Positions 35,930-49,129 are shown, counted from the stretch's first letter. The stretch is 64,000 bases of DNA from Eledone cirrhosa (GCA_964016885.1 OZ024741.1:133734001-133798000), one strand, 5' to 3'. Made by a program: numbers and translations. Notes: generated from the letters alone by a model not told the origin.

Positions 35930-38900
35930 GCAATAATAATAATAACGACAACAACAATAATAATATACATATTCATATATATATACACACACACGCACGC
36001 ACATAAGCATATCTACACACACACACACACACACGATAGCAACTAACAGTGCTGCGATCGAATGTGGCCTTTTAGCCCAGCCAATGATCTAAAATGTCTT
36101 GCACAGAGTCGGCAACCAAAACATTCACTGGGAATAGTCGGCTGTGGTTGGAGTTCGTGTACTTTTGCATGTCGCTTGAGCCCTCCTGCTGATTTACATT
36201 CTTTACCACATGTTTGGCAAGCATGATGAGTAGCATCTCCAACAGCAGCCTGGTAGTCAACCACTGGTCTTACTTTATGACTGCGAAGATGACTTTCGAG
36301 TCCAGCTTTGCTTAGGCAGAGTCTCGCACAGACGCTGCATGTCAGCACCATAGGAGGACCCTCGCCGTCTGGAAGTGCAACAGCAATGCCCTTCCTCACA
36401 TCCCGCTTTACTTTCTCGTGTGCGATTCGAGATGCCTCAAAGGCAACTTTTCCCTCATATACAGTCTTTCTCCATTTATTACGATCAGCAGCAATATTTT
36501 CCCATGTATCAGCAGAGATGTTAGCGTCTTTCAGAGAGGCTTTCAAGGAATCCTTATACCTCTTTTTTGGTTTATGTGGCGGTCGTTTTCCTTTAACCAA
36601 CTCTCCATAAAAGAGTTGTTTTGGTATTCTAGAATCATTCATCCTGGCAAGGTGTCCACTCAAACGGAGTCGTTGCTTAAGCACAAGAGCTTCTATACTG
36701 TCACACATAGAGCTTTCCAAAATCTCGACATCATTGATGTGGTCCCTCCAGTGAACGCCATGGATCCGTCTGAGACAAATCTGATGGAAACGCTCCAATT
36801 GCTTAAGGTGGTATCGATATGTGACCCCGGTCTCGCAGGCATAAAGAAGACAAGAGAGTACACATGCCCTGTACACCTTTACCTTTGTCCTCCTGCATAT
36901 GTCTCGCCGATCCCAGAGTCGCCTTTCTAGCTTTTTGAAAGCATCACTTGCTTTCCTAATCCTAAGTGAGATTTCACTGTCAAGGTTGCCGTATCGATTG
37001 ACAGTGCTTCCCAGGTAGACAAACTGATCAACCACTCCAAGTCGTTTGCCATACACATAGATGTTTGGTTCAGTGTACTGCTTACTAGGGGCAGGTTGGT
37101 ACATGACGACGGTTTTCTTGAGACTGACAGTCAAACCCAGGGCAGTGCAAGCGTCAGAAAATGCATTCAAAATGTGCTGCATATCACTCTCTGTGTGCGC
37201 TACAAGATCGCAATCATCTGCATACAAGAGGTCTCTTATGACTGATGTAAATACTTTTGTCCTCGCAGCAAAGCGCCTGATGTTAAATATGCTGCCTGAG
37301 GTTCGATATCGGATGTAAACACCATGCTCGCAATTCCTGAATGCAATACAGAAAACCATTGCAAAGTATATGGCAAACAGGGTCGGTGCTGGAATATCCC
37401 CCTGTTTCACTCCATTTTTTACTGAGATAGGCTCCGACATGTTACCTCCGACATTAACCCAAGCCTTCATGTCGTCATGGAAAGACCTAACTAAAGCAAG
37501 GAACTTATTAGGGCAACCAAGTTTCTGGAGAACCTTCCATAATGCATCTCTGTTGACAGTATCGAAAGCCTTTGTCAGATCGACAAAAACCTGATACAGA
37601 TCCAAGCCTTGTTCAATGCACTTCTCCTGGAGCTGTCTAGCTGAGAAGATCATATCAGTAGTGCCGCGTCCAGCACGAAAACCAGATTGACTTTCAGGAA
37701 GGACACAATCTGCAATGTGTGTCAGCAGACGGTCCAGAAGCACCCTACATAAAACTTTCCCTACGACAGAAAGCAATGATATACCTTTGTAGTTCCCACA
37801 ATCATTCCTGTTACCCTTTCCCTTGTACAAGACCACCATTACTGCATCTCTCCAGTCCTCAGGCACGGATTCATTAGCCCATATCCTTCCAAACAAAGAG
37901 TGAAGATGTTGCAGGAGTCTCTCACCACCATATTGTAGGAGCTCAGCATGTATGCCATCCATACCTGGAGATCTTCCACTGTTCAGCTTCGAAATAGCCA
38001 CTGCAACCTCCACAAGCGTCGGAGGTTCTGCGAGAGCTACTTTCACATGACTTTCCGGAATGAGATTGAGGAAATCTTCACTGACGACAGACGGCTGATT
38101 CAAAAGATCATGAAAGTGCTCTCGCCACCTTCGTAGAATTCCCTGTGAGTCACGAAGAAGTTCTTTGCCATCCTTGCTGCGAATCGGTGTCACCAGAGAA
38201 GAAGACGGTCCATAAACCTCACGCAAGAGACTGTACAACAGCTTTGTGTTATTGCAATCAGACGCAGTTTGTATCTCACCAGCCTTCTCACTCCACCACT
38301 GATCCTTCATCTGAGAAAGACTCCGCCTAACACGTGATTTTACATCCCTGAGCTCCTCATGCAACGTATTCCTCTCCTGTGGTTTTGCCGTCAAGTAGCG
38401 CGACAGAGCACGCCTCTTATCAGCCAACAAGTCTTCTATATGTACATCATTCTCATTGAACCAGTCCTGATCTTTTCTCTGCACCAATCCCAGAACACGT
38501 CTGCCTACATCATAAACCGACTTCTTAAGGGTCGGCCAATCCTCACCAAGATCTGCCGCCTGCATCTCTTCTTCCAATGTCCTCTTCACATTTTTATCCT
38601 TAAGACGAGCAGCATTCAATCTTTTGGGCAGGGTAACACCAGGAGCCCGGATTTTACGTTTGGTGATTAGATTCACTTTTGCGCGTACCAGGCGGTGGTC
38701 CGTCCAGCACTCAGCTCCACGAAGAACACGAACACACTGCACATCCTGTCTGTCACGCATCCTGACTAGGACGTAGTCCAAAAGATGCCATTCCTTAGAT
38801 GCAGGATGCATCCATGTGGTCTTGAATTTGTTCTTTTGTTGGAACATGGTGTTGGTAACACACAGATCCAGCTCCTCACACATCTGCAGCAAGAGCATAC

Positions 38901-39957
38901 CATTGCTGTTACACTTTCCCACCCCATGCCTTCCGATTACATTCCATGTGTTAAAATCCCTACCCACTCTAGCATTAAAGTCACCAAGCACGATGACTTT
39001 GTCTGCCTGAGGGATATTTCTTAGAACACCTTTCAAGGCATGGTAAAAGGACAGTTTTTCTTCATCGACAGAATTCATAGTTGGAGCATACACACTCACC
39101 AGGGTAGCATATCTTCCCTTGTCCAGCGGAACTCTCATGGACATAAGACGCTCACTAATCCCTACTGGGAATTCTTCTAATTTATTCACAAGTACAGTCT
39201 TAACAGCAAATCCTACCCCAGCCTCTCTTCTGGTTCCTTCATCTCTTCCTTTCCAGAAGAATGTATATTCTCCACAAAATTCCGTAAGATGACCATCTCC
39301 AGCTAACCTCGTCTCAGATAAAGCCACGATGTCAAGATCGTAACGTCGAAGCTCCTTTGCAACAAGAGCGGTCCTTCGTTCAGGACGCTCCAAAGAATCC
39401 CTGTCAAGCAGCGTCCGTACGTTCCAGCAGCCAAGACTAAATGCCCTGTTTGGCTCTATTACAATGGCACGATGACGGGCGGGCCCAGGTTGTGATAACT
39501 TGGGGCCCCTGCCCTTATTGCCAATGATCTTTTTTGTTCCAGAACCTAAATTGGCAATTATCTCGTTTACATTGTTCTGGAACATCATTGAATTGGAAAA
39601 AAAAAAAAAAAAAAAAGTAATAATAATAGTAATAATAATAATAATAATAATAGTACACTATTAATAATTATTAATGGACTCGTGCAATGCCTGTGCGTGA
39701 CGAATATTTTTAAAGTGAGGAAAGACTGTGCACTGAGCCAATCCCACTCTCTGAGCGACAGTAGCTATAACCCGAAAAGAAGAAAAGATCAACATCATCG
39801 GTAACTACTGAGCCGCAGGTTTTATATCGGAGTTAACCCAGTTTCCTGAGATGCCTTCTCCTAGAAGAATGCCCTGACAAGGGCTAGGGGTTCTTCACTC
39901 CCAGTGGTTTAACTGCGCGATCTGGCATCCAGCCCGAATATTTTTATGTCCCCGCGC
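35641..39957 (-). mobile_element. Full-length RTE-clade LINE
   Basis: 5' UTR 39676-39957; single intact ORF; 3' stem-loop tail ggccatactcgttaacgagggggcagccatc at 35641-35682. Confidence 0.93.
36043..39588 (-). CDS. RTE ORF: AP endonuclease, reverse transcriptase and three C2H2 zinc fingers (1181 aa)
   Basis: WNVRTL, ALSETR, GDFNAR, TDHRLV; FVDLTKAFDTV, GVKQG, YADD, YLG; three C..C...H...H motifs; uninterrupted frame. Confidence 0.95.
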   Translation of the reverse strand: MMFQNNVNEIIANLGSGTKKIIGNKGRGPKLSQPGPARHRAIVIEPNRAFSLGCWNVRTLLDRDSLERPERRTALVAKELRRYDLDIVALSETRLAGDGHLTEFCGEYTFFWKGRDEGTRREAGVGFAVKTVLVNKLEEFPVGISERLMSMRVPLDKGRYATLVSVYAPTMNSVDEEKLSFYHALKGVLRNIPQADKVIVLGDFNARVGRDFNTWNVIGRHGVGKCNSNGMLLLQMCEELDLCVTNTMFQQKNKFKTTWMHPASKEWHLLDYVLVRMRDRQDVQCVRVLRGAECWTDHRLVRAKVNLITKRKIRAPGVTLPKRLNAARLKDKNVKRTLEEEMQAADLGEDWPTLKKSVYDVGRRVLGLVQRKDQDWFNENDVHIEDLLADKRRALSRYLTAKPQERNTLHEELRDVKSRVRRSLSQMKDQWWSEKAGEIQTASDCNNTKLLYSLLREVYGPSSSLVTPIRSKDGKELLRDSQGILRRWREHFHDLLNQPSVVSEDFLNLIPESHVKVALAEPPTLVEVAVAISKLNSGRSPGMDGIHAELLQYGGERLLQHLHSLFGRIWANESVPEDWRDAVMVVLYKGKGNRNDCGNYKGISLLSVVGKVLCRVLLDRLLTHIADCVLPESQSGFRAGRGTTDMIFSARQLQEKCIEQGLDLYQVFVDLTKAFDTVNRDALWKVLQKLGCPNKFLALVRSFHDDMKAWVNVGGNMSEPISVKNGVKQGDIPAPTLFAIYFAMVFCIAFRNCEHGVYIRYRTSGSIFNIRRFAARTKVFTSVIRDLLYADDCDLVAHTESDMQHILNAFSDACTALGLTVSLKKTVVMYQPAPSKQYTEPNIYVYGKRLGVVDQFVYLGSTVNRYGNLDSEISLRIRKASDAFKKLERRLWDRRDICRRTKVKVYRACVLSCLLYACETGVTYRYHLKQLERFHQICLRRIHGVHWRDHINDVEILESSMCDSIEALVLKQRLRLSGHLARMNDSRIPKQLFYGELVKGKRPPHKPKKRYKDSLKASLKDANISADTWENIAADRNKWRKTVYEGKVAFEASRIAHEKVKRDVRKGIAVALPDGEGPPMVLTCSVCARLCLSKAGLESHLRSHKVRPVVDYQAAVGDATHHACQTCGKECKSAGGLKRHAKVHELQPQPTIPSECFGCRLCARHFRSLAGLKGHIRSQHC

Positions 39958-40109
39958 AAAAAAAAAAAAAAATATATATATATGTATGTATGTATATATA
40001 TATATACATACATACACATATATTTACATACATACACATATATATATATTTACATACATACATACATATATATATATTTACATACATACATACATATATA
40101 TATATTTAC

Positions 40110-40164
<55 letters not shown>

Positions 40165-40191
40165 CATACATATGTATATATATATATATAT

Positions 40192-40625
40192 ATATTGGTA
40201 AACGGAATAGAAAATGCTGACAAATTGTTCACAGTTGAAAAATGATTTAATTAGGAATAAAAGAGTATTAGTGATTGTATGGGTTAGTATTCAGTTGTGG
40301 TTTTAAGTTTTTAAGTTTTTATCGGTTGCGCATTTCTAAATGCTTTTCAAAAATAATTTTGAGATAGAGTGTCCATGCTGTTTGCTCTGATCTGAGCAAA
40401 CAACACGGACACTCTATCTCAAAATTATTTTTGAAAAGCATTTAGAAATGCGCAACCGGTAAAAACTTAAAAACTTAAAACCACAACTGTATACTAACCC
40501 ATACAATCACTAATACTCTTTTATTCCTAATTAAACCATTTTTCAACTGTGAACAATTTGTCAGCATTTTCTATTCCGTTTACCAATATATAATAACTTG
40601 TGTGTTACACCTCTATTCTTTTAAC
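40192..40625. mobile_element. Near-perfect 400-bp palindrome (fold-back PLE tail)
   Basis: Arms 40192-40387 and 40394-40590; contains ttt-TTGAAAA-gcattt(ag)aaatgc-GcAA-ccgg-TA-aaa; right arm extends about 35 nt further. Confidence 0.75.
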
Positions 40626-40648
40626 TATATATATATATATATATTTAC

Positions 40649-40680
<32 letters not shown>

Positions 40681-40736
40681 TTACATACATACATATATAT
40701 ATATATATTTACATACATACATATATATATATTTAC

Positions 40737-40769
<33 letters not shown>

Positions 40770-40817
40770 CATACATATATATATATATATATACATACAT
40801 ATATATATATATATATT

Positions 40818-40867
<50 letters not shown>

Positions 40868-40997
40868 CATACATACATATATATATTTACATACATATAT
40901 ATATATATATATTTACATACATACATATATATATTTACATACATATATATATATATATTTACATACATACATACATATATATATATATAAAGTTTAC

Positions 40998-41055
<58 letters not shown>

Positions 41056-41058
<3 letters not shown>

Positions 41059-41385
41059 TGAAATCGAAAATGCAACTGGAGTCTTATTTTTTTTTAAAAT
41101 ATATATATTTATTTGGTTCCTTTACCGGTTTCGCAGTTCTTCTGCTTTTCAAAAGGTGAGTTGAGATGGAGGGTCTGTGGTTTTTCTCACATCTCTCCAT
41201 TTCAACTCACCTTTTGAAAAGCAGAAGAACTGCGAAACCGGTAAAGGAACCAAATAAATATATATATTTTTAAAAAAAATAAGACTTCAGTTGCATTTTC
41301 GATTTCATCTCTTTTTCTTTATACTTTCACTCGTGTAGGACACCTCGGTTATTTTTCATTTTGTAAAAAAAACCTCACTTTCTAA
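41056..41385. mobile_element. Fold-back PLE tail with two hammerhead motifs
   Basis: Arms 41056-41171 and 41195-41310; same family at 56590-56795 and 63695-64000. Confidence 0.8.
41210..41247 (+). ncRNA. Minimal hammerhead motif (U3:A8 variant)
   Basis: cctt-TTGAAAA-gcag(aagaa)ctgc-GAAA-ccgg-TA-aagg; mirrored at 41119-41156 (-). Confidence 0.75.
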
Positions 41386-41553
41386 TATATATATATATAT
41401 ATTTACATACATACATATATATATATATTTACATACATACATATATATATATATTTACATACATATATATATATATTTACATACATACATATATATCTAT
41501 ATATATTTACATACATACATATATATATATATTTACATACATACATATATACA

Positions 41554-41632
<79 letters not shown>

Positions 41633-42196
41633 ATACGTAAAGAAGACTGTTAGTGCTCCAATCTGTCCACAAAACACCGAGCAAACAACTTAAGCCAAAT
41701 GCCAAACTGCACCTATCTATAACTCCTGCTAAACCAACCCGCTACCCACTCTCCAAATCCGGTTATATATATAACGTTAAATTGAACTTATGGCTCCTTC
41801 ATATAGGATCGATCGTTGGACAACAGATAAATGTATAAGAATATAGGTGATGTGATTACTCATAAATCTTACTCCTATTTGTGACATCCTACTCGTTTCA
41901 ATTGTAACTCTTTTAATTGGGTTCTTCCAAATCTAGCAATTATTTCAGATTTACGTGACGTTACATATTAAATCGCTCTTAGGCCGCTTTGCTCGGTAAC
42001 AAACCCATAAATAGCTATCAGCTTACATATATATTGATAAGTTGTCATATCTGTAAAACTTGTATCATTATTATTAACATCATAGGGCAACACTAAATTA
42101 TTTGAATTAATCGAATGGATCGTATGTCGCTGAAAGCTAATCTCTAGAATGTTTTGATAGAAACTCTATAAACATGATATTTTTTACAGTAACAAT

Positions 42197-42414
42197 AATG
42201 GTTTGTTATATAGGCACGAGGCCACCAATTTTGGGGGAGGGGAAAGTCGATTACTTCGACCCCAGTACGTTACTGGTTCTTTATTTAATAGACCACGTAA
42301 GGATGAAAGGCAAAGTTAACCTCGGTGGGATTTGAACTCATAACGTAAAGGGCCGTATCTCTAATCTGCAAAGCATAGTGTCCGACTCTACCGATACTGC
42401 TAATCCACCGCCCT
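42197..42414 (-). mobile_element. tRNA-derived SINE
   Basis: Same family as 18508-18723. Confidence 0.8.
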
Positions 42415-42419
42415 AACAA

Positions 42420-43080
42420 TAATAATAATGATAATGACAACTATAATGACAGAAATAATAAAAAAAAAGGGAAACAAAAGGAAAGAAAGAATAGGGAAAT
42501 ATAGAAAAAAAAAAGAGAGATAGAAAGAAGAAAAAGAACGGGAAGGGGAGGGAATGGCAAGTAGAAGAATGGTATCGTAGAAGAGAGGGGAGGGTGAAGG
42601 GGGAGAGGGATTGGATTTGGGCCTAGAGCAAGAGGGCATAAGTGCTGCGCCCCGCGGACAAGACATCAAAAGCCTTCCCGCGGATGATGGCCTGTGACAC
42701 CCGCTGCAACAGCTACCTAACCATGCGGGGCTCCCTCCTCAGATGGGCCGCTGGCGCTCCGATCTTGCGAAGGAGCTCGTCAGTACGGGGTCCAAGTACG
42801 CCTGAGGTCTCGACGGCGACCGGTGCAAATAGGAAGAGGCCGGATAAACCCCGGTATTTGTTTATTTCACGTTCTTCTACGAGGCGGGCCGTGATGATAG
42901 GGTTTGTGGCCGAAGCAACTAAGTTGGAGGCGGAGAACGTGTCGCAGCAGGTGACGTCCGAAATGAGGGATCTACCACCTTCGAATGGGAAGAGGGTGAT
43001 TCCGTCGGGGCGCTTGTGATCTCCGTGGTCTCGGCCTGCTGGCTCTAGTTGAGATGGAAAACCAGGTGCGTCCAGGCTTC
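42420..43080 (-). mobile_element. CRE-like LINE 3' end (restriction-like endonuclease domain)
   Basis: LEPAG...KRPDGITLFPF..GRSLI.DVTCCDT...KY...FAPVAVETSG.LG...LLQRVSQAIIRG. Confidence 0.8.
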
Positions 43081-43729
43081 ACGAAAATCGGAGTAGTCAG
43101 TAAATACCAGCACACATTGCTTTATGTCCAGCTATTTTCACCTTGTATTTGTGAACCGCATCTTATTTCTATTATAGTAAAGTTAATTCAAGTTTCTTAT
43201 ATTCTCCTGGATCCTATTTCCTGCTGAATAGCTATCTAGAGCTGCAAATTCAGATTCGATAAGTGCTTCGAAAGGATACATAACTACGCACACGTATATG
43301 TAGGAACACATGCATATCTGCAGACGTATATAATTATACAAACATTAATATGCACATACATGCACATATAAAAACGGACAGATACCAACACACACTCTCT
43401 CCTTCACAGGTAATTGCACAAACACAAAAACTCGCGCACATAAACGCACAGTTATAAACACACAATCGATGAACACACACACACTCACTCACACTGGTAA
43501 CGTGACTATAAATACAAATACGCAGATACAAACACACACAAACTTTCACACAATTAGATACACAGTTACACATAGCAGCAGACACAATCACACACAAACG
43601 CCCACGCAAACTCACACACCGACAGACACACAATCACATACACAAGGACTATATCATCATACTCCGTTCTGGCATATTGAAGTCAAGTATCTGTTGACAA
43701 AGCAGAAATGAAGCAGAAATCGGAATAAT

Positions 43730-43807
43730 GAAATAATGGTGTTGATGATGATAGTGATGATGTGGATTGTGATATAATGATGATGACGATGATGATGATG
43801 ATGATTG

Positions 43808-43863
<56 letters not shown>

Positions 43864-44190
43864 GTGATGATGATGATGATAATGATGATGATTGTGATGA
43901 TGATGATGATGATAATGATGATGATGATTATGATGTTGATGATGATGATGAAGATGATGAAGAATACAGTTGGAAGAGGCCACATTCTTTGGCAGAGTGT
44001 TTTCCCTTTTCACCCCAAGTAGCTTTTTCATATCTATTTTTATACAGTTAAGTTGTTGCTGCATCTGCTGCTGGTGAAGGTGATGTTGGTGATGATGATA
44101 ATGATGGTGATGATGAATGTGATGAAGATGATGATAATGATGATGATGATGATTGTGATACTGCTGCTGCTGCTGATGATGATGATGATA
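43730..44190. repeat. (ATG)n trinucleotide microsatellites
   Basis: Direct inspection; the poly-His/Met/Ile ORFs are artefacts. Confidence 0.9.
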
Positions 44191-44879
44191 GCAATAATCG
44201 TTTTTTTATTGCAACAATGGGATGAAATGTTATCAAATTGGCGAAAAAAATAAACAAAAACAAAAAACGGTAAGAATTTACAGACGATCTGAAAACATGA
44301 AAAATCTATTTGGAGACAAAAGGAGAATCTATTTGGAGACACAATGACCCCGGTTTTCTCTTACTACCAAAGAATATGGCCTCTTCCAACTATATTCTAT
44401 ATTTTACTGACGCATACTGAAAGTACACATATTCAACTGGACCATACTCTTCACTAACATGTCAGCTAAATTATTAGACGGACGCTCAACAATGTTGTTC
44501 TCTAGGAAGAGAACAGCTGTGAAGTGAAACGGTTGGACTTCTGGTGTAGGAGAGACGAATGGCAAAAAAATCTTCCCTGCTTCAACTCTAAATTTGCCAT
44601 TTTGAAAATTATTTTTAATGTATTCAAAAGATTATTGGTGCGGGCACGATCAAATGGCGTGTAGAGCGATGAAACTGTTCTTGTTCAATGCCCAGGCATC
44701 ACTGACACGTAGAGTTAGGTCGAACGGCTGCTGTCGGATGTAGGACGGATCTAGTTATCAGCCGAGTCCATCGTGAAGATCGTTCCACCACCCTCCTTTA
44801 ACCGGGAATAGGGGGGAGATTTTCGTTGTCTGGTAGCAATAGCGAAAAAGGTCATGTGATGGACAAGACTGAGAGGACT

Positions 44880-45530
44880 AGGGGTCAAAATCTCATTGAT
44901 TGAGAGGATTTGGGTCAAGTTCGGTTTGAAAAGAAAAGTGAAAGTGGAGAGGGGGATAACCCCCTCCAGTAAATTTTATAAAAGATGGATGATTATAGCA
45001 AAAATGACAAGAGTGAACGGTTCTTCTCGCAGCATGAGCTTGGTCGAAGAAGAAAATCGGAAGAGGGTACGTGTCCATGATAACCTTGGTGACCGTAGAT
45101 GTGTGGGCCCCTTGATTGTTTCTATTCTGGGGTTCTTTTGTATGATGAGGACAATTTATCATCACCATGTATAGTATGTATACCTCTTTTGTTGATCACG
45201 TCCTCACCTATGCCAGATTCCTTAGCCACTCTATCAATGATGTATCGCATAGGGTGGATGGATCATTTCGGAATAGCACATGTTTGCATCTCTTCTACAA
45301 GATCACCGACGACATACACCAATCTCGTCGCAAACACCTTGGCCAACATTTTAAACTCTGCATTTAGCAGAGTTATGGGCCTAAAATTACCAAAATGTTC
45401 TCTCTTGTTCAGGTCCTTTCTCAGCAGTTCCACAGCTTTTCAGCTCACAGAACCGGAAATTCTCCCGTTCTGCTGCCAATTGCAGTAGACATCTGCCAAG
45501 GGGTCACCAAAAAAGTCTGGAAGACCATTA
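44880..45530 (-). mobile_element. L1/Tx1-like LINE remnant with an internal deletion
   Basis: NFRPITLLNAEFKMLAKV.ATRL...QTCAIP (RT N-terminal region). Confidence 0.7.
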
Positions 45531-47042
45531 AAACTAGGCGATATGTCATTAGTCCAGTTAGTCATCGCCTCTCGTATTTCAACGTCAATAACAGCAATAC
45601 ATATAACGAGAAAACGCGAACAGTACATTTTGCCGTAATTAATTATGGTATGGTACGGTCATGTAACTCCTGATAGTGTAGTAGCATACGGTATTTCTTG
45701 GGCATTTTAAGCCTGGTGGAGCCCATCCCTCTCCAGGTCTGAACGCAGCAAATTTCTTCCAGACAAGGATAGAAAATGAGAGAGAATGAAAGTGAGAAAG
45801 ATATATAGAAGAAGAATCGACCCTAGTACTAGACTGGTACATATTTTATCGACCGTGAAGGGATAAAAGGGAAAGTTGGCCTCGGCAAGATTTAAACTCA
45901 GAGAGCAGAGGGCCGGAATGAATACCGCAATGTATTCTATCCGACATTCTATTGACTCTGTAAATTAATCGCCGTAATTAATTTGTAGAAAATCATATAT
46001 TTATTTAATCAACTAATTGAAACAGTCAGCTTACTTTTCTTTCTAATATATTTGTCTAATCTATTTTCTTTTTTCTCCTTCAACTTTCTTTTCAGAATGA
46101 CACATCCATACATTTTAGTATTATCAACTTTGACTGCATTATTGCAGTCATTTCCACTATTGCACATTCTGATAATGTATCAGAAATATGATTGAACTAT
46201 CAAGCGATGTATATATGGGATTGCACATTACAATCTCAGAAAAAGTGAATCCTATCATTTGTACTTTTACTTTTGGCTGTCAAAAATTATATTCCTAGAT
46301 ATTTATCATATTAACTCTATTTCAAGATATCGTATTAAATGTAAAAGTATATCTCTTTTATCGATCTCGAGAGCGTGATACTGTCGCTAACTAAAAAACA
46401 AAAACAAAAAAAAAAAGCAGGCAGGTTGCTTAGTAAAGATTTTCGTTCGTTTTACGATTACATGGATTCCGGTTCAATCCAACTTCTTCGGCACGTGTTT
46501 TCAATCATGATCAAAGAATCAAAGCCTTGTGAGGGAATTTAGTAGACGATAGATATGTGGAGGCTCGTTAGAACAATGGGCACTGTTATTATGATGGGAT
46601 GTTCAATCCGTCGTCCGGTTTAACTCCATCATCTTGTTCTTTAGCAGAATTCCGTCGGTATCAAGAATTCGGTCCAGATCTCCCGCTTCTTTCCACCAGT
46701 CTCAGTAATTGGAGCTGCCATTCCTCCGTTCACCAGTGATAAATATAAGTGAAACGCGAAAGCCTCTAGATCTACTAGAAACAGCAGTCAAATCTTCTTT
46801 AGATTTTTAAAACCAATACCGGGCATATAAGGTAATGCAGTCCTAGATATTCTATGTTTGAAATGACGGGATGGTCACAGCTAAAAGGACTTTAATCATG
46901 TCTGCTCAGTCAGGGCTAACCTTGAACTAAACAGGACTAACAACAAAAACAACAGCACTAACTACTGCTGTTGTTGCTGTTATGTGTTGCCACTGTTGTT
47001 GTTGCCACTGTTATTGCTGTTGGTGTTGTTATTGTTACACAC

Positions 47043-47081
<39 letters not shown>

Positions 47082-47192
47082 CGCACGCACGCACGTACAC
47101 ACACACACACACGCACACACACACACACGCACACACACACACACGCACACACACACACACACGCACGCACGCACGCACGCACACACGCACGA

Positions 47193-47258
<66 letters not shown>

Positions 47259-47419
47259 ATATATAGCGAAGACGCATGGATCCGTAGTTAGAGCGATAGG
47301 TTTCCGATCGTGAAGTTGTGAGTTCGATTCCCGGATGAATGGACCTGTTATTTTTATCTAAAGATATTTTTCCAATTCAATCCCGCCCGTCCCCTCAATC
47401 TATCTTATTTCTCATTCTT

Positions 47420-47455
47420 TCTTCTGATGAAGGACTAGCGTCCGAAACGTTAAGA
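47420..47455 (+). ncRNA. Minimal hammerhead ribozyme motif in a PLE tail
   Basis: tctt-CTGATGA-a-ggac(tagc)gtcc-GAAAC-GTT-aaga; palindromic ACGT stem III. Confidence 0.78.
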
Positions 47456-47536
47456 CCCTCTTCCTGGTATATCAAGCATTAACCTAATATATCCCTTCCA
47501 TATACTGTACCGATTGTGTTGTTATTTCTGTTTACC

Positions 47537-47600
<64 letters not shown>

Positions 47601-47608
47601 GCGCACAT

Positions 47609-47664
<56 letters not shown>

Positions 47665-47949
47665 GTGAAAACGGCAACAAAAACATATATATATACACGT
47701 ATGTGTAGATGATGCTCTGCATAAATAGATAGATAAATAAATAAATAAATAAATATATAACGTTGCCAACGAATGCGAGTTATGCAAATTTAGTTGGTCC
47801 TTACAGCTAGGTCTTGGTTTAAGTTTCATATAAATAGCTATTAGTTATCAGTCTCTACGTGGACAGAAATTCAAACTTCACTTTATCAGATGAATTTCCA
47901 AATAAAAATGAAATATGCCAGGTCAATTCTAATGTTTCTCTACCCATGA

Positions 47950-48105
47950 TATAAAATTGTATTTTCATATATAAAAATGTATTTACAGATATAACAATGT
48001 ATTTTCAGGTATAAAAATGTATTTATAGATATAACAATGTATTTACAGATATAAAAATGTATTTACAGATATAAATATGTATTTTCAGATATAAAAATGT
48101 ATTTG
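47950..48105. repeat. 20-bp minisatellite (ataaaaatgtatttacagat), about 8 units
   Basis: Direct tandem periodicity. Confidence 0.9.
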
Positions 48106-48989
48106 CATTTGTTTACTTCCATCAGTGTCAATCATAATTTTAAAATAAGATATTTGTGTACATGGTAACATTACTCCAGATATATGAACAGTACTTTAAC
48201 TCTTTCGTTACTGCATATCTAATTAAATACTCTGTATTTTAATTAATTAGTGAACAAATTGAGATGGATTTACTGAAATTAGGATTTTATTCAAATGATT
48301 TATGAAGCATAACAACATTTTCTTATATAAAATTATTTTGGAAAGTTTTAATTTAAGCAGGAACCCATAGAATGGATGGTTTTGTTTCATAGAAATAAAT
48401 GGTTCTGGGCAGGCTGGTATCAAAAGGGTTACTGCTTGTTACTGCTAATTGTGCTTTGTAGAGAAGTAAATAACATTGAAGTATTTAAGCATTAAAGTTA
48501 AAACCTAAACTCATATATAGTTAAAACAGTGGGATCAAATATATGCCTCGAGTTGATGAATACGAAGAGAGATGCCAAAAATTCGCCAGAGAACGCATCT
48601 ATTCGAAATATTAGACTTCTGGTTTTTCATAGAATGATATGATTTCAGAGATCTTTAGATGCTATATCTTGACTGCAAAGGTTCTACCTTTGGTGTTTGC
48701 ATACACGAGGTGGCGAGATAGGGGATTTCAAGAACGAGATTTGTGGGGTGGTTGTCAAGTGAGTATACAGTATGGAATTGTAAACAGAACTAATATCAAA
48801 TATAATGGGTTTATCTGCTGGAATGATAAATACGAAAACATTTAAGATGATGACTGTCAAATACAAGAATTCTGCAAATTTAATTAAGACAGTTTTGATA
48901 ATAGATAATAAGATATGAATTTAGTTTTAGAATGGTGGATCACAATAATACTGAATGGTGGTGGAGAGTGCGATAGATTAATTACTCAC

Positions 48990-49081
48990 CGAAAGTAGAG
49001 AAATATGAAACAAGCTGGCAATAACAGGATGATACTAAACAGGCTGCAAGTTGTATCGACAAATATAATGACATGATGTTT
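48990..49081 (-). CDS. Class B1 GPCR exon: TM1
   Basis: ctttcag|KHHVIIFVDTTCSLFSIILLLPACFIFLYF(R)|gtgagt; 92 nt, phase 0 to 2. Confidence 0.94.
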
Positions 49082-49129
49082 CTGAAAGCAGAAGAAAATA
49101 GGTGTGTACGTATGTATGTGTGTACATAT

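Noticed and set aside
48681-48758. 78-nt plus-strand exon candidate ending in gtgagt
   Set aside because: Weak AAG acceptor without a pyrimidine tract, no recognisable protein motif, no partner exons
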